Shown here: piece after piece, positions 20,157 through 30,800 of the stretch | Position numbering within the stretch: position 1 is the stretch's first letter | How the letters are laid out: every line of letters begins with the position of its first letter | Notes under the pieces: generated by a model | The model's database searches: none | The model's input: the letters and a program-made list of their open reading frames with translations, nothing else | What the model was told of the DNA's origin: nothing | NCBI GenBank assembly: GCA_016191465.1 | Contig: JACPOP010000008.1 | Coordinates: forward strand, 26,039 to 90,038 | DNA length: 64,000 bases | Source of the DNA: Chloroflexota bacterium | GTDB lineage: Bacteria > Chloroflexota > UBA6077 > CF-72 | Reading direction: 5' to 3' | Translations under genes and position numbers: made by a program

Positions 20157-23100
20157 ATGGACGAGCAAGGCCCGCCCCCGGCGGCGCCGGCTGCCCGGCG
20201 CACACCGCGCGGGCTGCAAGGCTCGTGGGACCTCTTCCTTCTCATCGCCGTGCTCGCGGTCGCGGCTGCCCTGCGACTCAATGGCTTCGATTGGGATGCA
20301 GGCACCCACCAGCACCCGGATGAGCGGTTCCTCACTGACGTTGCGTCCAAGGTGCAGATTCCGGGCTCGTTCGGCGAGTATTTCAATACGCCCCGCTCGC
20401 CGCTGAACCCATACCAGCGCGGCTACCAGCAGTACGCCTACGGACAACTTCCGTTGACCCTGACCCGAGCCGTGGGCGAAGCGCTCGGGATGACCCGGTT
20501 CGACAACGTCTACCTTGTCGGCCGCGGCCTGTCAGCATTCGCCGACATCGGCACGGTTGTTTTCGCCTGGCTCATCGGGCGGCGTTTGTTCGATCGACGC
20601 GTGGGCTTGCTCGCCGCCGTCCTCCTGGCGGTTGCCGTACTGCCAATCCAGTTGGCGCACTTCTTCGCGGTCGACACGTTCGCGACCTTCTTCGCCGCTG
20701 GCTCGGTCTTTTTTGCCCAGCGCGCCATCGATCGCGACCGCCTGAGCGACGCGGCCGTTGCGGGTGTATTCGCCGGACTCGCGATGGGCTCCAAGGTGAG
20801 CGCCGCCGCATTGTTACCGGTGCTGCTCGTGGGATTCATGTGGCCGCGGTTGGCGGGCCGGCGTTGGACGGCGCGAACGCTCACCAATGCCGTGGTGGAC
20901 GGCGGGACACCCTGGGCGGTGGCCGTGCTCGCGGCGTTCGTCGCCTTTCGTCTCGCGGAGCCCTACGCGTTTGCGGGACCGAGCCTCTGGAGCCTTCGCC
21001 TTTCCTCGCAATGGATCACGGACAAGGCATTCTGGGCCAGTGTGTCAGCCGGCGGCGTGGACGTGCCGTACATGATCCAGTGGAATGGCACGCCACCACT
21101 GCTGTACGTCCTCGGGGGCATTGTCCAGTGGGGGCTCGGACCACTCCTGGGGCTGACGGCCCTGGCCGGGACGCTGATCGCCGCCGCGCGCCTGCCCTTC
21201 GGCGGACCCGCCGTCGCCCGAACGGCACTCCTTGCCACGTGGGTTGTGGCCAACCTGGTGTACTTCGGATTCCAGTTCGCCAAGTTCATGCGCTACCTGG
21301 AGCCAATCTACTTCGGCCTCGCCGTCTTTGCGGCCTGGCTCCTCGTCCGCCTGATCGATTACGCGCCGAGGCCCCGCCTTCGGCAGGTCGCCATGGGCTT
21401 CGCCAGCCTCGTCGTACTGTTTGCCGTGGGCTGGGCGATCGCGTTCCAGACGGTGTACCTGCAGCCGCACTCACGCATCCAGGCGTCTGACTGGATTTAC
21501 GCCAACATCCCTGCTGGAAAGACCCTCGCGACCGAGCATTGGGACGACCGCCTCCCACTCACGCTTCCGGGCGGACGGGACGGAAACCGGTATCGCTATA
21601 CCGAGCTCACGCTGTACGACGCCGAAGTTCCCGCGAAGCGCGAGAAGCTGTACCAGGTGCTCGACCAGTCCGATTACATCGTCCTGGCGAGTCGGAGGCT
21701 CGTCGATTCCATCCCTCGCCTTCCCCAGCGCTACCCGCTGGCGATCGCCTACTACCAGGCGCTGTTCGCGGGAGAGCTAGGGTACGAGCGCATCAACCTG
21801 ACCCGCGTCACGCCATCGCTCGGCCCGCTGCAGATCGACGATAGCCGCGCCCAGGAGGACTTCACGGTCTACGACCATCCCACCGTGGAAGTGTGGGCGA
21901 AGCGGGCCGATTACAACCCCGCCCAGGTTCGGGAGATCCTCGGAGCGGTGGCTCTTCCCAGCAACGTGGCGCCGCGGGCGGCTGAGACGCCGGGCGGGCA
22001 GAACGGCCTCCTGCTCACTTCCGAGCAGCGCGCCAGCGCGGAGCGCGCAGGAACCTGGAGCGACCTGTTCGATCGCGACGGGATCGTCAACCAGGCGCCA
22101 CTGCCCGTGTGGCTACTGGCGTGGGAGGCGCTCGCGCTCCTCTCGGTCCCGCTCCTCTGGCGCACGCTCCACGGGCTGCCCGACCGCGGCTATGGTGCCA
22201 GCAAGATCGTCGGCCTGGCCGTCGTGGCCTACGGCGTGTGGCTCCTTGCCAGCCTGCGGATTGCCCCGTTCGGGCAGCTTTCCATCCTGGCGGTGGCAGT
22301 CCTGCTCCTGGGCGCGCCCTCCGCGGTTGTCGTGGTGCGGCAGGGTGGGGCGTTTCGGGGCTGGCTCCGCCGCGAGTGGCGGTTGATCGCCACGGTGGAG
22401 ATGGTGTTTCTGGTCGGGTTCGCGCTCGCCACGGCCCTCCGCGCCGCCAATCCGGACCTCTGGCACCCGGCCTTCGGCGGTGAGAAGCCGATGAACTTCG
22501 CGTATCTCAATGCCATCGTTAAGAGCGACTACTTTCCCCCATACGACCCGTGGTTCGCCGGTGGTTACATCAATTACTACTACTTTGGTGGTGTGCTGGT
22601 GGGCACCATCGTGAAGTTGACCGGGATCGAGCCGCAGATCGCTTTCAACCTTGCTCAGCCGGGGGTGTACGGCGCCTTCGCCGCGGGCGTGTTTTCGCTG
22701 GGCTTTGCGCTACTGGCACCACTCCGCGGCGCTGTCGGGCGGTCCGGCGCGTACCTCGCCGGGGCGGCGAGTGTGACGCTGGTCGCGGTGCTCGGAAACC
22801 TGGACGGCGGCGTCCAGATCCTGGAGCAGCTTCAGAAGCTGGGCAGCCAGGCGAACCCTGCGAGCAGCCCGCTGGTGAAGGTCTGGTTGGGCCTGGTTGC
22901 GATAGCCAGCGGACAGGCTCGCTTACAGCCGCTCGACTTCTGGCGCAGTACGCGCTTTATCGGTCCCGAGGAGCCCGGGCCCATCCACGAGTTTCCCTAC
23001 TTCACGTTCTTGTATGGCGATATGCACGCGCACCAGGTGGCGCTGCCCCTCGCCGTGGCCGCCCTCCTGGTGGCATTTCACCTGGCGGGCGGGCGCGGGC

Positions 23101-24551
23101 GACACCGCGCGGGCGCACGGCTCGGCGCCAGTCCGTGGAGGTCCGCGCGCGGGTGGCTGCGCTGGCTGGACGTGCGGGCCCTGGGCCTCGCCGCATTGCT
23201 GATCGGCCTGCTGCGTGCCACGAACACCTGGGACTTCCCCACCTACGCCGCGGTGATCGTGGCGGCCATCGGTCTCGCCTGCCTCCGGGTGGCTGCGCGC
23301 TCGTGGTGGCGGGGCCTGCTGCGGTTCCTTGCGACGGCCGGTGGAACCCTGGCGCTCAGCCAGGTCCTCATCTGGCCCTACCTGCAGAACTACCAGCTCT
23401 TCTACAACGGCGTCGACCCATCGCCGGCGCGGACCGCTTTCAGCCAGTACCTCCAGATCTGGGGTCTGCCCGTGTTCCTGGTGGCCAGCCTGCTGGGCGT
23501 CATTGCCGCACGCCGACTACGGGGCTCGCGTCGAGCCGTACGGGAAGCTCCGCCCGCGCTGGTTGCCCAGCCGGGCTACTACGGGATCGTTCTCCCCGTG
23601 CCCATGGCGCTCCAGGAGCGACTCCGAACGCCAGCGGGAGCCCTGGGCGGACTCGGGATTCTCGTGGGGCTCGTCTGGCTCGCGCTGGGCTACCCGACGC
23701 GCGCCTTTGAGGCCGTCGGGATCGGGGCGGGCCTGGCGCTCATGGCGGCGCACTGGCGTCAGCCACGCACGGCGTTCCTGGGCGGCCTCATCGCGGCCTC
23801 GTTCGGGGTCATGCTCATCCCCGAGCTGGTTGCGCTCCAGGGCGATATCGGGCGCATGAACACGGTGTTCAAGTTTTACTACCAGGCCTGGCTGATGCTG
23901 GGTGTGGCCGCCGGTGCGGCGCTCGCCTGGCTGGTACGAGAGGGTGTGCGCGGCCGTGATCACCTGGTTCGGTCATGGCGTTGGGCATGGGCTGTCCCCC
24001 TGGTGCTCCTGGTAGCAGCCGCCGCCGCGTACCCGCTGTGGGCCACCGAGTCCAAGACCAGCCTCCGCTTTGCAGCCATAGGCCCGGGCCTTGACGGCAT
24101 GGCGTACATGGACCAGGCACGGTACTCGGACCGTGACCAGGACCTGAACCTGCCCGGGGATGCGCAGGCGATCCGCTGGTTACAGGACACGATCCAGGGA
24201 TCGCCCGTGCTGCTCGAAGGGCGCGCTGCCATCTACCGGTGGGGTGCGCGGGTGTCGATTTACACGGGGCTGCCGACCGTGCTTGGCTGGGACTGGCACC
24301 AGCAGCAGCAGCGGGTCGCCTACGCGGCCCAGATCCAGGAGCGCGCCAGCGACGTGCAGCGCGCCTACGATTCGCCCCAGCCGGCGGACCTGCTTTCGAC
24401 AATCAAGAAGTACAACGTCCGCTGGGTGTACGTCGGCGGGCTCGAGCGTGCGTATTACAGCCCCGCCGGGTTGGCCAAGCTGCAGCGCATGCCGGAGCTT
24501 CGACTCGCGTACGATGCCGCGGGCGTCCAGATCTACGAGGTGATGGCATAA
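20157..24551 (+). CDS. Giant polytopic membrane protein with two Chlor_Arch_YYY (TIGR03662/DUF2298-like) regions and a PMT-like N-terminus
   Basis: 1464 aa and extremely hydrophobic. N-terminal HQHPDERFL (DE dipeptide) resembles Dol-P-Man mannosyltransferase-like glycosyltransferase C N-termini. The YYY motif (GGYINYYYFGG) and a second repeat (VFKFYYQAWLMLG) match the double-copy class of the Chloroflexi/Archaea YYY family. Confidence 0.8.
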   Translation: MDEQGPPPAAPAARRTPRGLQGSWDLFLLIAVLAVAAALRLNGFDWDAGTHQHPDERFLTDVASKVQIPGSFGEYFNTPRSPLNPYQRGYQQYAYGQLPLTLTRAVGEALGMTRFDNVYLVGRGLSAFADIGTVVFAWLIGRRLFDRRVGLLAAVLLAVAVLPIQLAHFFAVDTFATFFAAGSVFFAQRAIDRDRLSDAAVAGVFAGLAMGSKVSAAALLPVLLVGFMWPRLAGRRWTARTLTNAVVDGGTPWAVAVLAAFVAFRLAEPYAFAGPSLWSLRLSSQWITDKAFWASVSAGGVDVPYMIQWNGTPPLLYVLGGIVQWGLGPLLGLTALAGTLIAAARLPFGGPAVARTALLATWVVANLVYFGFQFAKFMRYLEPIYFGLAVFAAWLLVRLIDYAPRPRLRQVAMGFASLVVLFAVGWAIAFQTVYLQPHSRIQASDWIYANIPAGKTLATEHWDDRLPLTLPGGRDGNRYRYTELTLYDAEVPAKREKLYQVLDQSDYIVLASRRLVDSIPRLPQRYPLAIAYYQALFAGELGYERINLTRVTPSLGPLQIDDSRAQEDFTVYDHPTVEVWAKRADYNPAQVREILGAVALPSNVAPRAAETPGGQNGLLLTSEQRASAERAGTWSDLFDRDGIVNQAPLPVWLLAWEALALLSVPLLWRTLHGLPDRGYGASKIVGLAVVAYGVWLLASLRIAPFGQLSILAVAVLLLGAPSAVVVVRQGGAFRGWLRREWRLIATVEMVFLVGFALATALRAANPDLWHPAFGGEKPMNFAYLNAIVKSDYFPPYDPWFAGGYINYYYFGGVLVGTIVKLTGIEPQIAFNLAQPGVYGAFAAGVFSLGFALLAPLRGAVGRSGAYLAGAASVTLVAVLGNLDGGVQILEQLQKLGSQANPASSPLVKVWLGLVAIASGQARLQPLDFWRSTRFIGPEEPGPIHEFPYFTFLYGDMHAHQVALPLAVAALLVAFHLAGGRGRHRAGARLGASPWRSARGWLRWLDVRALGLAALLIGLLRATNTWDFPTYAAVIVAAIGLACLRVAARSWWRGLLRFLATAGGTLALSQVLIWPYLQNYQLFYNGVDPSPARTAFSQYLQIWGLPVFLVASLLGVIAARRLRGSRRAVREAPPALVAQPGYYGIVLPVPMALQERLRTPAGALGGLGILVGLVWLALGYPTRAFEAVGIGAGLALMAAHWRQPRTAFLGGLIAASFGVMLIPELVALQGDIGRMNTVFKFYYQAWLMLGVAAGAALAWLVREGVRGRDHLVRSWRWAWAVPLVLLVAAAAAYPLWATESKTSLRFAAIGPGLDGMAYMDQARYSDRDQDLNLPGDAQAIRWLQDTIQGSPVLLEGRAAIYRWGARVSIYTGLPTVLGWDWHQQQQRVAYAAQIQERASDVQRAYDSPQPADLLSTIKKYNVRWVYVGGLERAYYSPAGLAKLQRMPELRLAYDAAGVQIYEVMA

Positions 24552-24616
24552 ACAGCGGAATTCGGCAGACAGCCCAGCTTGGTATAGGGCTGGGCGTCAG
24601 CGCGCTGGCGGTGTGG

Positions 24617-25600
24617 ATGCTGTTTCAGCTCGTGCCAGTGGCCGACCTCCTGCGAGTGCTCCAGCGCGCAACGCCCGGGCCGATGGTGCTGGTGCTGGGC
24701 GCTTCGCTCGCGGCCCTCTACACCCGCGCGCTGCGCTGGCAGGTGCTTTTCCAGCCCGAGCACCGGGTTGCCCTTGGTCCCGCCTTCGGCACGCTGGCGA
24801 TCAGCTACATGGCGAGCACGTTCCTGCCGTTCCGTGCCGGCGAGCTGGTACGAGCGGTCTTCCTCTCGCGGCGCGAGCAGATCCCGATCGCACGGGTGGT
24901 GGGCACCATCCTGATCGAAAAGCTCTTTGATTTCCTCGCCCTCGCCGTCCTGCTGGCCTGGCTGGTCGCCTCCACGCCGCTGCCTCGGGAAGCAGCCATC
25001 GCTGGAGCGTCAGTGGCGAGCGTGATCGTGCTGGGCTTCGGGTTCGTGGTGGCGCTGGCACTGTGGCGCGAGCCGACGCTGCGTATGGTGGGGCGGCTCG
25101 AAGGCTTCCTGCCGGCCGGGCTGCGACGGCGGGTCTCGCCGCGGCATGCGGTGGAGCAGTTCGCCGGTGGCACGGACTCATTGCGCGTCGGCCGCCTCTG
25201 GCTGCAGCTCCTCCTCTGGACCGTCGTGACGTGGGCCGCATCCATCGTGGGCATGATCGCCGGGCTCGAGGCAATCGATGCTCGTGCCAGTTTTGCCGCC
25301 GCCATCTTCACGATCGTCGCGACCAGCGTCAGTCAGGCCGTGCCGTCCAGCCCGGGGTACGTGGGCGTGTTCCACGCCGCGGCTGTCGCGGCGCTGACGT
25401 TCTTCGGAATTGACACGGCCACCGCGTTCGGGGCGGCGGTGCTGATCCACGCGCTGAACTACGGGTTCATGGTCGTCCTGGGACTCATCGCGCTCTGGGT
25501 GGGTGGATACGCGCTGGGCGACGTGATGGGCGCCCGCCGTGCCATGCAGCAACCGCCGGCGAATCCCCGCCCAGCGCCGGCCGAGACGTCGGTGCGGTGA
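24617..25600 (+). CDS. Flippase-like UPF0104 membrane protein (LPG_synthase_TM / TIGR00374-like), paralog 1
   Basis: Multi-TM protein with the family core (…FLPFRAGELVRAVFLSRREQIPIARVVGTILIEKLFDFLALAVLLAWL…). Start uncertain: ATG 24617, GTG 24611 or further upstream. Stop overlaps the next gene's GTG (GTGA). Confidence 0.75.
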   Translation: MLFQLVPVADLLRVLQRATPGPMVLVLGASLAALYTRALRWQVLFQPEHRVALGPAFGTLAISYMASTFLPFRAGELVRAVFLSRREQIPIARVVGTILIEKLFDFLALAVLLAWLVASTPLPREAAIAGASVASVIVLGFGFVVALALWREPTLRMVGRLEGFLPAGLRRRVSPRHAVEQFAGGTDSLRVGRLWLQLLLWTVVTWAASIVGMIAGLEAIDARASFAAAIFTIVATSVSQAVPSSPGYVGVFHAAAVAALTFFGIDTATAFGAAVLIHALNYGFMVVLGLIALWVGGYALGDVMGARRAMQQPPANPRPAPAETSVR

Positions 25601-27792
25601 TCGACGCCGTTGCCTGGTACGTGTGGCTTCAGGCGGCGTCGCTGGCCGCGTGGCCCCTTCTTGCGCGCGCGCTGAGCCCACTGGACGACCGCGGCTGGGC
25701 CCTCTCCAAGGTGGCAGGGCCGCTGCTGCTCGCCTGGATCGGATGGCTGCTCGGGATGGTCGGAGCGCTCCCGTACACCAGGCCGGTGCTGCTGCTCCTG
25801 TTGGCACTCATCGCAGCTACCGCCTGGTGGCTGCTACCCCGCCTGGCCGCGACGCGACCGGAGGTGTCGGAGCGAAGCTGGCTGCGCGAGCGGGCTCGCA
25901 CCGTGGCGGTGCTGGAGTTGCTGTTCGCCGCGGCCTTCATCCTGTTCGCGCTGCTGCGCGCGCGCGAGCCAGCCATCACGGGGACGGAGAAGCCGATGGA
26001 CATGGCATTCCTGGATGGCTTCATGGCCGCCGAGCGGTTGCCCACGCAGGACTCCTGGCTTGCTGGTTACGGCGTTCCCTATTACTACTTCGGATTTTTC
26101 GTGTTCGCTACCCTGGGAAAGCTGGCGGGGGTAGGCGCCGGCCCTGCCTACAACCTGGCCGCGGCCACCGTACCGGCACTGGGAACCGTTGCGCTTGCCT
26201 CCGTTGGCTGGTCCCTTGCCCGGGCATTCGAGTGCGGGAAGCGCGCGTCGCTCGTGGCGGGCGTGCTGGCCGCGCTCTTCGTGCAGTTCGCCGGAAACCT
26301 CTCGACAGCCTTCGAGCTGCTGGCCGCGGAAGCGGTCATTCCCCGCTCGTGGGGGCCGGTACTGGGGATCAAGGCGTTCGCCGAAGGGGTCCAGACCGGC
26401 GTCTGGCCGCCGGACGGCGCCTGGTGGTGGCGCGCATCACGGGTGATGCCGAACGGCCGACCGGACGGTATCAACGAGTTCCCATTCTTCAGTGCCTACC
26501 TGGCGGACCTGCACCCGCACTTCATGGCCGTGCCGTTCGAGGTGCTTGTGCTGGCGCTTGCTGCCACGCATCTGCTCGCGAGCGGGCGCACGTTGCGCTC
26601 ACCCTGGACCCAGGGCGGGGCGGCCCTCGCACTAGGCGGGCTCCTGGTGTTGAACACCTGGGACATTGCGCCATTCTGGCTGCTGTACCTGGGCTTCGCC
26701 TGGATCAGTGGCCGGGGACGGAGGTGGCGTGAGCGGGTGCTGCTGACGCTCGCCGCGCCGGTGCTGGGGATCGCCCTGTTCGCTCCGTACTTCGTCGGCT
26801 ACAGCGGACCACCGCTGGGCATCGGTCTTGTGGACGACCAGACGCCATTGCCTACGCTACTGGTCCTGTTCGGCCCCCAGATCGCGGTGCTCGCGGCTTA
26901 CGGCCTCTGGACCCGGCGCCGGTTTGGCAACCGAACCGACTGGCTGGTCAGCGGGGTTGGCGGCTTGCTGTCGCTCCTATGGCTGGGGCTGGGATTCTCG
27001 GGCGTTGCACTCCTGTTGCTCCTGGCCGCCCTCCTGGCGCCCACCCCAGGCCTTCTCGCTCGCCAGAGCCCGGCTGCGCAGCTCGTCCAGGTCCTGGCCT
27101 TCTTCGCCGCGTGCATCCTGCTCGGTGTCGAGCTCATTTACCTGCGCGATTCGTTCGGCACCCGCATGAACACCGTGTTCAAGTTCCACTACAACGCGTG
27201 GCTCCTGGCCGGCGTCGCCGCGGCACTGGTCGTCGCGCGGCTCGTGCGAGAGGCGCGCGGCTGGCGGATCGCGAGCGTGGTCCTCGCCAGCGTCTTTCTG
27301 GCCGGGGGGCTGGTGTATCCGCTCACCGCAACCTGGCAGCGGCTGCGCGCTGATCCACCGGGCGGAGCAACGCTCGACGGCCTCCAGTTTCTGGCCGCGG
27401 ACGAGCGCGCCGCCGTCTCCTGGCTGCGTACGCAGGCCGCCGCCCAGCCAGGCGGTCGGGTGGTGATCGTGGAGGCTGTGAGCGGCTCCTACACCCAGGG
27501 TGCGCGCATGGCCACGTACTCGGGCAATGCCACCGTGCTTGGCTGGCCGGGCCACGAGCTGCAGTGGCGCGGTCCGATCCCCGAGCTGGGACGGCGGGAG
27601 GGTGACATGGCCGGGCTGTACCGAGACGCCGATCCTGCCCAGGCAAGCGCCATCGCCGGCCGGTACGGGGCGCGGTACGTGGTCGTCGGCGGCTTGGAGC
27701 GCCAGAAGTATGGCGAGCAGGTGGCCACCCGGTTCGACGGCATTCTCCCCGTCGCCTATCGCACCGGCGGGGTCACGATTTATCGCGTCTGA
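25597..27792 (+). CDS. Chlor_Arch_YYY (TIGR03662/DUF2298-like) polytopic membrane protein, single-copy class
   Basis: 731 aa. YYY motif (GYGVPYYYFGFFVF) and VFKFHYNAWLLAG. GTG start overlaps the upstream stop. Confidence 0.85.
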   Translation: MIDAVAWYVWLQAASLAAWPLLARALSPLDDRGWALSKVAGPLLLAWIGWLLGMVGALPYTRPVLLLLLALIAATAWWLLPRLAATRPEVSERSWLRERARTVAVLELLFAAAFILFALLRAREPAITGTEKPMDMAFLDGFMAAERLPTQDSWLAGYGVPYYYFGFFVFATLGKLAGVGAGPAYNLAAATVPALGTVALASVGWSLARAFECGKRASLVAGVLAALFVQFAGNLSTAFELLAAEAVIPRSWGPVLGIKAFAEGVQTGVWPPDGAWWWRASRVMPNGRPDGINEFPFFSAYLADLHPHFMAVPFEVLVLALAATHLLASGRTLRSPWTQGGAALALGGLLVLNTWDIAPFWLLYLGFAWISGRGRRWRERVLLTLAAPVLGIALFAPYFVGYSGPPLGIGLVDDQTPLPTLLVLFGPQIAVLAAYGLWTRRRFGNRTDWLVSGVGGLLSLLWLGLGFSGVALLLLLAALLAPTPGLLARQSPAAQLVQVLAFFAACILLGVELIYLRDSFGTRMNTVFKFHYNAWLLAGVAAALVVARLVREARGWRIASVVLASVFLAGGLVYPLTATWQRLRADPPGGATLDGLQFLAADERAAVSWLRTQAAAQPGGRVVIVEAVSGSYTQGARMATYSGNATVLGWPGHELQWRGPIPELGRREGDMAGLYRDADPAQASAIAGRYGARYVVVGGLERQKYGEQVATRFDGILPVAYRTGGVTIYRV

Positions 27793-27890
27793 GGCCGGCG
27801 CCTGGAGTTTTTGAGCCGCTGCGCATGGGTTCGTCGCGGCTTTGCCCCAACGTCGTGCGGATATGTGATTGAGTCAGCACGTTTCGCGAA

Positions 27891-30800
27891 ATGCATCGGT
27901 ATCCTCGCCTATACTGGGCGCAAGTTCTCGGGGACCGCCCACCGCCCCGCACAGCGGCGGCGGAATCGCGGTCGGAGGTCCGACTTTTGAGTTCTGTGCA
28001 GGTGGGGCGCCGCGCTCCGACCGCCACACCCACACCCACCTCACCGCAGCTCGCGGACGACGCCGAACGTCGCCCGAGTGTCGAGACGCCCGGCGCGGCG
28101 CGACGGCGCTACGCCTTCGAGCTGCCGTTCGAGCCGGACCTCCTCCCGATCTTCGGGCTGGTGCTGGTCGCGCTGGCGCTGCGCCTGTGGGACCTGGGCG
28201 CGAAGGCGCTGCACCACGACGAGAGCTTGCACGCCGTGTACTCATGGTACCTGTACGTGGGCCGCGGGTACGTGCACGACCCGATGATGCATGGGCCGTT
28301 CCTGTTCATCACCAATGCCCTGACGTACTTCGTGGTCGGCGTCAACGACTTCACGGCGCGGCTCATGCCGGCGCTCTTCGGCACCGTGCTGGTCGGCCTG
28401 CCGTGGCTGCTTCGAAACGAGATCGGCCGCGGCGGCGCGGTGGCGGCGGCGGCGATGCTCGCCATCTCACCATCGTTCCTGTATTACTCGCGTTTCCTCC
28501 GCCAGGACATCTACGTGGACGTGTTCACCTTGCTGATGGTGATTGGCGTCTTCCGGTACCTGGCCACCGGCCTGCACCGCTGGTTTTACACCGCGGTTGT
28601 CGCGACCGCGCTGCTCTTCGCCACCAAGGAAGACGTCTTCATCAGTGGGTTCATCGCGTTCACCTTCCTGGCCGGCGCCTGGTTCCTGCTTCCCCGAGAG
28701 CCGCGGGCCCACTTCCGCGCTCGTGTACGGGCCCTGGGCTGGAGCCGCTGGCTGTGGGGCGCCGCGGTGTTCCTGGCGATCAACCTGGTGCTGTACACCA
28801 CGTTCTTCACCAACCTTCGGGGCATCTGCACGGCCCTGGTCACGCTCCCCCTGGAAGGCTGCAGCGGCGCGAAGGGCGCGTTGAACTACTGGCTGGACCA
28901 GCAGGACTTCCGGCGCGGTGGGCAGCCGTGGTTCTACTACGTCATGCTCATGCCGCTGTACGAGCTCCCACCGCTCGTCTTCGGAGCCCTGGCACTGTTC
29001 CGGGCCCGCGGCAAGAACTTCTTCTTCTGGTTTTCCGCGTACTGGTTCGCGGCGGCACTGCTCATCTACTCGTGGGCAGGCGAAAAGATGCCCTGGATGC
29101 TGCCGCAGATCGCGCTGCCGTTGATCCTGATGGCTGGGCGGCTCCTGGGCGAGTGGGCAGAGGCCGGCTGGGGTCGTCGAGCGCTCAGCGGCAGGGGGTT
29201 GGCCATCGGCGGACTGCTGCTGTTCGGCGTGCTGTGCTTGCTGGCGTGGGTCAACCTGGGCGCTGCGCAGGGCGCGGTTCCCCTGGACGCCCAATCAGCA
29301 ACGCTGCAACGGATCGCACTGAGCGTGGTGGTCGCCGCGATCGCGGGTGGAACCGTCTGGCTTGCCACGCGCTGGGGGTCGCGGATCTGGAAGCCGGGAC
29401 TCGCCCTGGGTGTGCTGGCGATCCTTGGCGCCGGCTGGCTACGCGTGTCCCTCGGCGTCAATTATGACCGGCCGGACACGCCGACCGAGCCGCTCGTGTA
29501 CGTGCAGTCCTCGCCCGATGTGGTCTTCGTGGCGAAGGAGATCGAGCGGATTGCCGCCCAGACCGGCCAGGGGAAGGACCTGCGCATCCTGATGGACAAC
29601 GGCTGGGGCGACGGCGTCCACGAATCGGTGGCCTGGCCGTTCGAGTGGTATCTGCGCGATTACAAGAACCGCACCTACTTCACCAAGACCATCGACCCGC
29701 GGTTGAACCTGGCGGACTACCCGGTGCTGCTGGTCATGGCGCCCAACATCGAGCCAATCCAGGCGCAGCTCGCGCAGTTCAACGGTACGAAGTACCGCCT
29801 GAACTGGTGGTTCCCCGAAGACTACAAGGGCTTCGACGCCGAAGGGCCCGGGGTGACGATTGCTGGCAGGAAGATCGCCCTACCGTGGCTGAACTTTGGC
29901 CTTATCAAGGACACCCTCAGCGTCCCTCAGAACCAGCTCAGCCTGTTGAAGTTTCTGATCTATCGCCAGGCGCCTAATGAGCTTGCTGGGCGCGAGTTTT
30001 ATGCGTACATCAACAAGAACGTGCCGCAGATCGGGTTTGGCGGCCCCGCATCTCCCGCGGCGGCACCCTCGACCGCGAGCCAGCCGTTGGCGGTCCCCAG
30101 TGGGCCTCGAACGGCCGTACAGCAGCAGGGTCCGGACGGGTCCATCATCTTTGGGCGCTCGGCGGAGGGCGCCTCCGTTCTGACAGACCCGAAGAACGTC
30201 GCGGTCGCACCGGACGGGCGCATCTATGTTGCCGAAGGCCGCGCCGGGCGCATCACGGCTTTCAACCCGGACGGGACGATCGCCAGCTCGTGGGGCTCAT
30301 TCGGGGCTGGAGACGGTCAGTTGCAGGAGCCCTGGGGCGTCGCGGTGGCTCCCAACGGCGACGTGTACGTGGCAGACACCTGGAACCATCGCGTCCAGCG
30401 CTTCGACGCCTCCGGCAAGCCGCTTGCGAAGTGGGGCTCGCTGGACGACGCGAAGGGTCTTGCCGATGGAAGTAAGCCGTCGGCATTCTGGGGACCTCGC
30501 TCCATCGCCATCAGTCCCAGCGGCGAGGTGTACGTCAGCGATACGGGCAACAAGCGGATCCAGGTGTTCGATGCGTCCGGGCGCTACCTGCGGATGTTTG
30601 GCGGTGAAGGTACGGGCCCCGGCCAGCTTCGGGAGCCCGTCGGGCTGGCCTTCGACAGCCAGGGCACGCTCTGGGTTGCCGACGCCTGGAACCGCCGCAT
30701 TCAGCGATTCAGCCCGACCGGGCAGCCGCTGGCCGAGTTTGCGGTCCCCGCCGAGTGGCAGGGCACGGCGGTGACGAACAAGCCGTACATTGCCGCGAGC

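Noticed and set aside
27874-27915. TATACT -10-like box upstream of the TIGR03663-like gene
   Set aside because: No acceptable -35 element at 16-18 nt spacing. Left unannotated.
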